NCBI GenBank assembly: GCA_964019335.1
Contig: OZ025689.1
Span: 248,001 to 312,000, forward strand
Reading direction: 5' to 3'
From: Diplonema japonicum
Taxonomy: Eukaryota; Protista; Euglenozoa: Diplonemea
DNA: 64,000 nt
Each line of letters begins with the position of its first letter. The stretch's first letter is position 1. This document shows, in pieces, positions 46,972-56,912 of this stretch. A model generated the notes under the pieces. It searched no databases and had not been told where the DNA came from. It saw only the letters and a list, made by a program, of their open reading frames with translations. A program made the translations under genes and the position numbers.

Positions 46972-47850
46972 TTAAACAAAATCGTAATCGTTTTCCAAGT
47001 CCCGCGGGTGCGAGCACAACATGCTTGAGCAGTTCAGCACAAAATTCTTTTGGCGGAAAGGGTGGGTCTTTGTGTTGCTGCCACCGAAAATATACCGGTA
47101 CTTCTCGTACTCGCGCACAGTGAGGCCGATAGAGAGAAGCTTGCAATAGAACAGAGTGTGATGGAGGAGGAGAACCAGAGTCATAAACGCCATCACTATA
47201 ATGAAGAACCCCATGAGTTCTGCAGAGGCAACGAGAGAGGTAAGTTGGTGGAAGTTTCGTGTATAACTGTCTCTGCTGACAAAATAGTAGCCAACCCAAG
47301 CGATGATCCATGCTGAGAGGAAGAACCCAAACCAGATGAGAGAGACAAAATACCGTAAATTGAACCGCCCCACACATGTTCCAATAATGCCACAGTGGTG
47401 GTCAAACTTGTCAACGCAATGGTTGCAAAAGGAGCAGTGCGATCCTCGAGGAGTTCGCAAGAGGTTGCACGTGGTGCACCACCGTCTCACAACCTGCACA
47501 TTGTCGTCATACTCTACTATCTGATCGTATTCTTGCAGCTCAATTCCGTTGAATACCCGTTTTTCCTCGTGTCGTTCCGGTAATGGGGAGCTATGCGCCT
47601 TCAACACCCCTGGTTCCGTGAACACTGCCATCACCACATTGTACGTAAACGCTAGAACAGCACCCACGGTGACGCCCAGCACTACCCAGCTCCCGCTTGC
47701 GAAATAATAAATGAACACCCCCACGATCCCGTGGGCGTACAAAAGCACAAATATCATGCTGTTCCACCCGGAAGCAACTTCTCTCCCGCACGCTTGTGTC
47801 TTTCCAAATACCATGCTGCGACCTTCTGTTTCATCGTCGCTGTCTTGCAT
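46972..47850 (-). CDS. DHHC palmitoyltransferase
   Basis: WCTTCNLLRTPRGSHCSFCNHCVDKFDHHCGIIGTCVGRFN, 4 TM segments. Confidence 0.95.
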   Translation of the reverse strand: MQDSDDETEGRSMVFGKTQACGREVASGWNSMIFVLLYAHGIVGVFIYYFASGSWVVLGVTVGAVLAFTYNVVMAVFTEPGVLKAHSSPLPERHEEKRVFNGIELQEYDQIVEYDDNVQVVRRWCTTCNLLRTPRGSHCSFCNHCVDKFDHHCGIIGTCVGRFNLRYFVSLIWFGFFLSAWIIAWVGYYFVSRDSYTRNFHQLTSLVASAELMGFFIIVMAFMTLVLLLHHTLFYCKLLSIGLTVREYEKYRYIFGGSNTKTHPFRQKNFVLNCSSMLCSHPRDLENDYDFV

Positions 47851-48240
47851 TGTCCTGAAAGCGGTGGTGGGATGGGGGGGGGGTAGGTTTTCTTTTATAA
47901 AATAAGGTAAGAAGAAGAAAAGGCGATGTTTAAGGGCAAATCACTCTCACTTTGCTCTCTCAAACTGGAAAGGCTTTCTTTTTACCGTGCACCTCTCGTT
48001 AATCTTCTATGGAAAAAAAAGGGGGGGGGGGGGCGGAGCAGAACTAAACGAAAAACTTGGCAGCAAACAAAAAAAAAAAAAAAAAAAAAAAAAAAAACGT
48101 TCACATGGTGGAAAGGGGGAAATGTTTGGTAACAATCCCCCCTCCCCCCCACTGCACAAGGAACCCGGGGGAAGAAAAAAAAACTTAAACAAACTCACGC
48201 GGTTTTTCTTTTTTTTTTTTTGTTTTCTTTCCTTATCTCA

Positions 48241-49272
48241 TTACACGTTGCTTTCAATCAGCGGATACGAGGTGGCCCACGGGTCTTTTTTAACCGGAGA
48301 CTGAACCCGGCTGGAGAGAAGCGAAGCCGGGGGTTTGCAGAGCATTGCGAAGCAATTGTAGAAACAACAGGTGTCAAAGGGTGATGGAGAGCTTCCAAAG
48401 AGATAACCCCGCTTCTCCCATTCGCGTTGCGTGTGTGCGAAGATGGTGTACTTTACGTACAAGAGACCAAACCACCCAACAGACCACAAGACGAGCCCGC
48501 AGTAAACGAGAAGACAGATGGACACAATGTTCGCACCGTCGGGGAGATCTACGCCTGGGTCAACCAAGTGGTCCATGAAGGAATCTTTGTAGAAATGGTA
48601 GTAAGCGGACCAACTCGCCACCCAGAGCGCCATGGCGGTGCTTGTCCAGAGGAATCCTGCGAAGAATCTGAAGTTTCTCCCCCCGATGCAGGCCCCGAGC
48701 AGGCCGCAGTGATGGTCAAACATGTCAACACAATTATTGCAATACGAACAGTGTGAAGCTCTTGGCGGCCTTAACACTTTACATGTCGAGCACCATCTTC
48801 GGACTAACTCAGGCCCCATCTCCCCTACAGTACAGAGTTTGTCATAGTGCAGTAAGTACGTGTTTCCCCATGTGATGGTTGCCGCTTCGTTCTCTTTTGG
48901 ACACCCGCCTGTGAACCTTGGTATCACACCTGGTTCCGTGAACACTGTTAAAAACATGAAGATGTGCACAAACCCGACAAGCACCGCAAGGGGTATCCAG
49001 ACTACCTTCGACTCCCGTGCGATGAAGTTCACGAACAAAGCCATGGGGGGCAGGATGAACACCGCTGAAATGATTAAACACTTCCACCAACCCTCCGCCA
49101 CGTGCAGAATGCCGCAGAGCCACCGCGAGGAGGGCATCAGCACACCTTCCTCTTCCTCTTCGTCCTCTTCGCTTTCTATTTTGCTTATCCCATCGTCTTT
49201 GATCATTGTTTCTAAGAGATGCTGGTCGGAACCCGACAGGCCTTCCAAATCTCGCTCGTTGGGGGTTTCCAT
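48241..49272 (-). CDS. DHHC palmitoyltransferase, tandem paralog
   Basis: WCSTCKVLRPPRASHCSYCNNCVDMFDHHCGLLGACIGGRN; start inferred at METPNER. Confidence 0.95.
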   Translation of the reverse strand: METPNERDLEGLSGSDQHLLETMIKDDGISKIESEEDEEEEEGVLMPSSRWLCGILHVAEGWWKCLIISAVFILPPMALFVNFIARESKVVWIPLAVLVGFVHIFMFLTVFTEPGVIPRFTGGCPKENEAATITWGNTYLLHYDKLCTVGEMGPELVRRWCSTCKVLRPPRASHCSYCNNCVDMFDHHCGLLGACIGGRNFRFFAGFLWTSTAMALWVASWSAYYHFYKDSFMDHLVDPGVDLPDGANIVSICLLVYCGLVLWSVGWFGLLYVKYTIFAHTQREWEKRGYLFGSSPSPFDTCCFYNCFAMLCKPPASLLSSRVQSPVKKDPWATSYPLIESNV

Positions 49273-49401
49273 TATTTCCCTCCCTAGTATGGAGTGGGAC
49301 GGGGAGGCGGGGAAGAAAAAAGGAGGGGGGGTAAACTTTACTACAACTTTGGGCACAATAGAATAATATAAAAAAACAGGGATCTACATTCCCCGCGGTG
49401 T

Positions 49402-50970
49402 CTATAAAGCATTTGTCTCACGGCGCTTGCTTACAGCGTGCGTCGCGCTTGTCTGTTCGGCAGGCTGTGTTTCTTCCTCCTCCTCGTCTTCACGTTTCTC
49501 GCTGCTGGACCGTATTTGATGCCACAAGCCCGCAACGTACCCGGCAATGGCCAGCGTGAGCCGCAGCACGTTGACTGTTCTGAAAGTCTCGCTGCGTCCC
49601 TCAAGATTGATGTTTGTCTCCAAAGGCCGTCTGATGGTGGCGCATTCTGGTGTTTTTTGGTTCTTTTTTTTTTCTCTCTATTTTCAGTATATACTTTTAC
49701 AGCAGTACACAGTGTACCTTGCAGAACCCAAGACGGGGTTGAGAATGATGGAGCAAGATTGCACGAACCAGTTCCAGCCGTCGGAGATAGGCGCCTGTGC
49801 AGTGATACGACCGGTCGCACCGCACAATTCTGAAAAGGAACAAAGCTGGGAATTGTCGGCGGAGCAAATCTCAACCGCTTTTGAATAAGAAAAGGGTGTG
49901 GTGGGATCGCTTTCCACCACAAAGGAGGCCCGTCCCGTGCTGGGGTAGTCGCATTTTGTGGCGCAGTCTTCACACCAGCAGCATCCTTTATCCTCGCACC
50001 GTTGCACCGTGTTCGTGTTTATGTGACAATTGCTCTGCGCGACCTGAGCCGGCACAGGCACAGGGGTCGCGCCTGGCGACAAGGGACGGGGCATCCTTCC
50101 CATGACAACTTCAGAACGGGGTTTGTACTCGTGATCGATTTGTAACCGATGTTCCCAAAGCACATCGTCGAACGTAGCAGTGTAGACACAGCACAGCACG
50201 ATGCCACCGTATAGAATGGCTTGGAGGATGTGGTGGAGCACGAAAGGAGTCCATTTGTTTGTGTTGACGCAGCCCTTGCTTTCGTAGTGCTCGGGGTCCG
50301 GTTGCAAAACAACCGCCAGCGGGCACAACGCCGCAGCAAATGAGAGGTATGAGATGACGTTGAGCGTCTTCTGGAGCGGGTCGGAGTAGCTTTTGTAGTG
50401 CCATATAAAATCACTGTACTTCATGTTCGTCACGAAGAGAACCAACATGAACAGAACAAGCAACGCGGCGCGGAGGTGTGAGAAAGCGAGGTTTACCGTA
50501 ATGATGATGTTTCTGAAATCGAGGTCCGTCTGCGGCTTTTGCTTTTTCGACACGGTGGGGTCGTCTGGTGTAATGGCGGCGGGTGCATGGTTTGCATGTT
50601 TGAAGTCCCCAGTCAGCGCTGACTGAACATACTGCCCAACATACCCTTGCCCCGCAGGCTCAGGGGGAAGCGGGTATACGTTCAGAACGTTGTGCCTCAT
50701 TGGTTCTCTCTTCACAAAATCGGTTTCAAGGATGTTTATTTGAACAGATTCCCTTGGGCTCAGAGGGGGGCTGTCGAACTTTCCCCGTTTCCCTTGCTGC
50801 TTCACATCCCCGCCCAAATGTCTCGGCGTCAGGAGCACTTGCGGCCCGTGACCCGGTGTCAGCATGTTCCTTGGCTGTTCTATTTTCGCTTCCGCTTTTC
50901 TCTTCTTTTCTCGTCTGTGTTTCTTGTCTTTTCTGCGTCGCTCTTTACGGGGTTTTTCATCTTCCTCCAT
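49402..50970 (-). CDS. Hypothetical multi-pass membrane protein with Cys-rich loop (trefoil-like CEDKGCCW), 2 exons
   Basis: 3 TM segments, then a Cys-rich region. A tentative A-rich intron at 49647-49694 joins ORF 49402..49623, supplying a 4th TM. Confidence 0.65.
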
Positions 50971-51772
50971 TTTTTGTCGCTTCCTTTCCCCTCCCCCCTG
51001 CTTTTTTTCACCCCCCCCCCTCTGGATTTTCGCCTTTTCTCCCTCCTCTTTCCCGTTAAGACCAAGGAAGAAGAGAAAGAAAAAAAAGAAAAAAGAAACA
51101 CTGACGTGCACACACACAGAAAAGGAAAAGAGGAAAAAAAAAAAAAAAGTAAAGGGGGGTCCGAATAATCCCTTTATTTGGGCAGTGGAGGGGGGGTGTT
51201 TGGGCTCCAAAAAAAAAGAATTATTTGGAATGCACTTATTTGGGCTGGGGGCCTGCCACATAGAAAGCAGGGAGCGGGGCTTAGAGCACTTCAGAAATCT
51301 TAACATGTGTCAAGATTTTTTTCATGCCCTTTTTTTTTCCTAAGGGGAAATTTTAACAGTTTTTCTCCTAGGCTGTGGAGAACCCACAAACGTTGCAGAC
51401 AAACCGCCTGGTTTTGGCGTTAGGTGGTTGCTGGGAGATTACGGGGGTCTGAGAGGTTTGAGAAGCTGCAAGGGCTTGGGAGGCTGCTGGAGTCTCGTCA
51501 GGTGCAGTGTCCATTGTAACACCCGCAACAGCAGCAGAGCGCCGAATCAACGTGGCACTGTGGGTAGGCACATGAGAAAGGTCATGCAACTGCTCGGCAC
51601 CTTTAGCTGTATGCGGTCTCGCGGCTACCTTCCAGGTAGTTCCGAGGAGACCATACAGCTAAGGGCACTTAGCGAAGTAAGCACTTTGAAGGGGTCGGAC
51701 CCTTTAGACAGTGCAGCACAGAACGTTGTCCTTCCTCGGCTGCTTGGGCATGCCACAGCCCCCCCCCTAACC

Positions 51773-51872
51773 CTATGCTGGCAGGAAACGTGGAAACGTT
51801 TCCGTTTCCGTTCCCGTTTCCATTTCCATACTTTTCAAAATTCTTAAAAAACGCGTTTCCATGCCAGCATAG
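51773..51872. mobile_element. 100-bp MITE with 8-bp direct flanks CCCTAACC
   Basis: TIR CTATGCTGGCA(T)GGAAACG at both ends; CCCTAACC at 51765-51772 and 51873-51880. Confidence 0.8.
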
Positions 51873-53194
51873 CCCTAACCCTCAAAATGGCAGGAGGTCT
51901 GAATCGTGCCACACAGAAGCAGCCTCACAATACGTACTTTTCCTTTTCAATCGATTGTTACATATGTATTTATAAAATATAGCGTGCACTCGACGGCACT
52001 GATCAAGCGACTGGCACCTTCCGAAGAAGGGCCTCCCACGTCCGCCGGGTGAGGATGCCCCAGGGCAGCCGTTCCAGTCTGATCATGTCGAACTATAACT
52101 TCTAGAAGAAAATGGGGTTTTTGCCCTCGTAGCTCGCCGGGCCAGCACTCTTACTTGCGTAAGCAGCCTCACAATACCGCCAGTGGGCTACGGCACAGCT
52201 TCGGGATCTTGCTCAGGAATGGAATATTGACATTGCGGGCCATGAAAGAAAGCAAATACTGGATAAGTTGTCAACACATGAATCCACGTGCCCTTCCGGC
52301 AACGCAGAAGCACCCGGGCCCACAAAGCGCCTTCGAACTAAGTAGTTCCTTTGAACTGTTCATCACGAACCATCTAGCTTCTTGCGTTAAGAAAAATAGT
52401 CCCACAATAGCCCCCAGGTGCCAAACCCCGTGGCCCCTGTTCAAAAATGCAAAAGAATTGCTCGAAACCAGACGGAAATCGACTTTTTGGTCAAAAAAGG
52501 GGTTAGGCAGGCTAGTACCCTGCACAGGCGTAACTGAGAAAAACCCGTTGTACGACTACCATGTGACCCCCCACCCCCCCCGGTCCCCAAAAAAAAAAGA
52601 ATGAAAAATCCCCGAAAAAAAAAAAGAATTATTTGGGAAAAAACACATTATTTAGGAGGGAATTATTCGGACCCCCTTTATGTGGACGAGGTCGGATGGG
52701 AACAATGAAAAACGCATGCAGGGAAGTATTTGTTTTTGTAAAGCGGTAAAACAAAGGCCATGAGGGGAAAAAAAACAATGTGGGGGAGGGGAACTTATAA
52801 GAAGGCTAGCGGGTTTAGGATAGCCTGTGGGGAGGCCCTCCTGCAAAGAAATGGGACTGGGGGACAAGAAAAACCTAAAAACAAGGCCATCTTTAACACA
52901 CTATTGGAGGTGGTTGGTGGTGGGATAAAACAGAAATCTAGTTGCACCCATTATTTAGCAGTTTTTTGTATGGCCTGTCTCCCCCCCCCCCCCCCCCCAA
53001 ACGCTAAAACAACTAATCCTGCCAACAACTAGTCTTAGAACTGACAATACCATAATACGTCCAGAAAAGGAAGAATGGGGGGGGGGGGGGGGCTCAGACA
53101 AAAAAAAGGGACGTAGGTTAATTATAAAACACTCCCTTCCCCGTCCCCTTCCCCCCTTTTTTTTTTCCTTCTTCTTTCTTTGTTCATCTTGCTT

Positions 53195-54177
53195 TTAATT
53201 CCATCCGTACTTCTGTGCAGTTCTCTCGAAAGCGACCCTGGCCTCGCTCTCCTATGTAAAGTGTGTTTGTGAGGGGGGGGAAAAAAAAACTTGCAACAAA
53301 ACCATACCTGGTAGTCACCCGTGACGGAGAAGTCAAGCCTTGCCTTAGCTTCGGGGTCTGTTATCTCTGCCCTGATCGTTTCAATGATGGATTCAATATC
53401 GTTCACCGGCTTCCAGCCTTTGGTGGTAAGCAGTTCGTGGCAGATAGAACCGCCGATGGTGACCCTCCCAGTGTGGAACTGGAACCTTGGGCGGATAATA
53501 CGGAGAAATGGGGGTTTGAACGGGTAGTCAGGGGGGAAGGTTAGGGACATCTCTACGAAGTCTTTCTGAGTTTGCTGCTTGAGCTTTTGGAAGTCTGTGT
53601 AAAGAGGAGTGCCCTTCTCGAAATCGAACAAGCGGATCTCCCAGTGGTACAGGTCGCCTTGGTGAGGGGTCGCATCCCAGCCGAACTTCGTTTTGGAGAG
53701 GAAAATGCTCTTGTAGTCGGAAAGGATCCTGTCGGTCGAGGCTTTGTTTCCTTTTCCCATCTTGAGCTTCGTTAAGATCTCCTCGAACTGCCTTTCTTTT
53801 TCGATCATCTCCGGTGTTTTCTTTGTACTCACCGCTGCTACGATCGGGATATCCATGGGATCGTCGTCATCGTCATCGCAGTCGTCACCGCTCCCCTCAA
53901 GCTCATCCAGCTCATCACTCACTTCCGTATAACATTCCGTCGCCGCCTCTAGCAGTTTCACAACGTCGTCGTGCTGCCTCTCCCGCATCAGCTGCAACCA
54001 CTTCTTCACAGGCGCTCTCGGATCCTTGCACTCAATATATAAGGTCGTCAGTGCCACCGTGAAAGAGTACCTCCCCGCAACACTGATGAACACCTTCCCA
54101 TCCTTCTCTTCGTCTTCCTCGAGATAGAAGTACTCCTCGTTCTTATCAGACTCTGCCCATTCCCTGATAGCGTCCAT
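53195..54177 (-). CDS. Ubiquitin-conjugating enzyme E2, UBE2Q-like, 2 exons
   Basis: FPPDYPFKPPFLRIIRPRF..GGSICHELLT. Intron 53252-53306 gives the family-typical end DYQESEARVAFERTAQKYGWN*. Confidence 0.92.
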
Positions 54178-54367
54178 AGGATATATAGGTTCCCCCCCTT
54201 TTTTTTTCCGTGTGTATCGGTATATAAAAAAAAAGAAGAAAAAGAGGACCTTTTCTTTTTTTCTTTCACCCCTTTTCCGGTATTTCCTTAGAAACCCGCT
54301 TCCAGACGCAGGTTGAAACGTGAGAAACAAGGGATGTGAAGGGGGTAAAAAAAAAAAAAAAAAGACT

Positions 54368-56029
54368 CTAAAATACTCTATCTACTGTTCGCGGCGGGTA
54401 CCGGTCAGGGGGTGGGTTATAAGGAGGCCTCCTCGGCGGGCTCACCATCCGGTCCGCCATCGCCGCCGGGTTGTGGATTTGTAGAGGAGGGAGCACAGAA
54501 AAGTCACGGCCGATTGTCTCGCCGTGATCCCACAAGGGGCGCGAAGTGCGCCAAGGTATGCGGACTGTGATGAAGGAGACAGGCGGTTTAGACCGCACTC
54601 TGAATTCCTGCAGACCGCGCTTTTCCAGAGCAAGGGACAGAGCATCAATGGGCACGTGGTACTCAGCTTCGAACCAGCTCCCTTCCTTCCCCCTGAGGAT
54701 GTTGTCCATGACGGAATCAGCGCATCGTTCCGCATCCTCGCTCACTCCCTTCACCTCCACCTCGTACTTGAACACAACCCTGTCACGCCCTGCGCATTCT
54801 ACGATGACGTCTTCCATCCCACGCTCTTCAAGCAGACGGTTCACCTCCCGCAGTACATGCACTTCATGTGGATGCATGTCCTGTGCTTGTAGCATGTCAT
54901 TGTACGCTGTCCGACCCTGTAGTGTCCCTGCTTCGATTGTTTTAAGTATAGCGTCCAGTACGCCCGTCGCCAAGCTCACAATGAAGTCTTGTGTTGCGGG
55001 GTCTGCAGTGAGGAATTGCTGTATGTCGGTTTGCATCATCCGATACAGAATCCTCGAGACGCCTTGGAAACGGTGGCGTCTCACAGACATTCTTCCTGCT
55101 GCCCACTTCCCTGCCTTGTACATCAGCCACGCTCCGTGATGCGCGTCGGGCATCTTGGCACACTGACCCATCGTCGTCGCCCAACCAGACCCTGTGTCGG
55201 GGTCTCCTACCATCCACCCTGTCCCGTCGGCAGTGGAGAAGATAGATATTTGCGCAGCATCGGCCACCCACACCGGGCGTCCCTGGACCACCTTCTTATC
55301 GTGCAGCCTATACACGCCCTTCAAAGCAGGGTTGTCGTCGGCTTCGATCCACAGCTCGGGTGGAATATACGCCATGTTCACACCCGTGCACGCCTCCCAC
55401 TGAGTACCATTGTAGTACGACCAACGTGCAAGGGCGTGCGGCCAAGCGTTGCTTTCCTGACTGACCAACCACACGTCACTACCCACAGCGCTCCCGATGG
55501 CCCAATTCTGTTTCGACAAATGTAATATGTGCGCAGGTTCCGAAGTGCGCACCCACGTAGGGCTCCCCTCCGACTCCTCATACGCCATTCTATACCACCC
55601 GTTCAGGGCAGGATTTTTGGTGACGGATACCCAAAGGTCCAAAGGGTAGAGGTCAGGGGGGACATCTTTCTCAAAGGTGAGGGTGTAGGTGCCGCACTGT
55701 CCCTGCTGAGGATGCGGAACGTAGCCCCGTGCCTGCATTGTGGTCTGAATAGAATCTTTGAGCACCTCTGGTTGGTCGATCGGTGACTTCATGTTGAATG
55801 TTTTCAGTACGCCACGAGGCACGGCGATCATCAGTTCCACCAGCCGGTCGCACTCCCGTTGGATCGCTTCGCGCGCGTTGTGTGCAAATTGCTCTTCTAG
55901 GGTCTGGAGCTGCCCATGTTGCTCTTCATCCTCCTCTTCGGAAGGCTCCGCTGTGCCCCCTGCCTCCCCGTCATAAAACTCAGGAGGCATCTCAGGCTCA
56001 GGCGCCAGCCCATCTTCGATCTCGGACAT
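54368..56029 (-). CDS. Hypothetical protein with two Trp-rich beta repeats (GxYR...GxPxW)
   Basis: 553-aa ORF; NPALNGWYRM..GSPTW and NPALKGVYRL..GRPVW. Confidence 0.75.
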   Translation of the reverse strand: MSEIEDGLAPEPEMPPEFYDGEAGGTAEPSEEEDEEQHGQLQTLEEQFAHNAREAIQRECDRLVELMIAVPRGVLKTFNMKSPIDQPEVLKDSIQTTMQARGYVPHPQQGQCGTYTLTFEKDVPPDLYPLDLWVSVTKNPALNGWYRMAYEESEGSPTWVRTSEPAHILHLSKQNWAIGSAVGSDVWLVSQESNAWPHALARWSYYNGTQWEACTGVNMAYIPPELWIEADDNPALKGVYRLHDKKVVQGRPVWVADAAQISIFSTADGTGWMVGDPDTGSGWATTMGQCAKMPDAHHGAWLMYKAGKWAAGRMSVRRHRFQGVSRILYRMMQTDIQQFLTADPATQDFIVSLATGVLDAILKTIEAGTLQGRTAYNDMLQAQDMHPHEVHVLREVNRLLEERGMEDVIVECAGRDRVVFKYEVEVKGVSEDAERCADSVMDNILRGKEGSWFEAEYHVPIDALSLALEKRGLQEFRVRSKPPVSFITVRIPWRTSRPLWDHGETIGRDFSVLPPLQIHNPAAMADRMVSPPRRPPYNPPPDRYPPRTVDRVF

Positions 56030-56156
56030 TCCGCGACCTGATCATAATTATCAGAGACAAGTTCCGAGCCATAGTACAAAACACAAGGGGTAAAGAAATA
56101 CAGAGAAGAGAGAGGACAAAAAAGGATGAAGTGAGTACAAAGGGATGCGTTCTTTT

Positions 56157-56814
56157 CTACATAGACCACGAGCCACCAGGAGAGTAAGGGCCAGGTGGGA
56201 TATAAGTTGGGGGTGGCGGGGAAGTGGCCACCTGGTAAGCAATTGGGGTAGGCGCTACGTGGTGAGTAGGGACTTGATGGTGCAGTTGCTCGATCATATC
56301 CTTCAATCGCTGGGCTTCAGCTGTTGTTTTTTTTTTTTTTCTTTTTCTTCTTTTTTTCTTCTTCTCTTTTCCCTTTTCCATTTTTTTTTTTCGCTATACC
56401 ATAATCTTCCACAGCCACGGCTTGCTGCTTCCTCTGTTGAAGCTGACTGAGGTTCATTTGTTGGTCGTAGTTGACAGGAGGTTCCAGCTTTCCCACAGAT
56501 GAGTTTTCCAACACGGCCCGTGCTCCCGAGAGAGTGTACAAGATCCTGTTGTGGGGATTGCCCACAACGCTCCTCTGGTGATGTACGGCGCAGGCATGGC
56601 TGCAGAAGTACTTACCGCAATCAAGGCAGTGCACCTCCGCTTCCTTTCCGCATGACGTGAAGGAACATTTTGCCCTTAAGCCTCCACCTCTGTCTCCGTG
56701 CCTCTTGGAGGAGGCCCATCGCCGCGACCCATCATCGTATCCGTAGGTAGCAGTGAAGGATTGCTTGGGGTACGGCTTCCCGTCGGTCTCGTCGATTCTC
56801 TCTTCCACGTCCAT
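56157..56814 (-). CDS. B-box zinc finger plus UVR (UvrB/C) motif protein, 2 exons
   Basis: CSFTSC..AEVHCLDCGKYFCSHACAVHH..HNR. Removing intron 56321-56399 restores KQQAVAVEDYAEAQRLKDMI. Confidence 0.85.
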
Positions 56815-56912
56815 AGTGCCTGTGACAATAAACAAAAGGGCGGGAAGCGCAGAAAAATATTAACTTGGGGTACAACTTGGGAAATGGGCTTACAAAGGAA
56901 AAAAAGAGAGAG

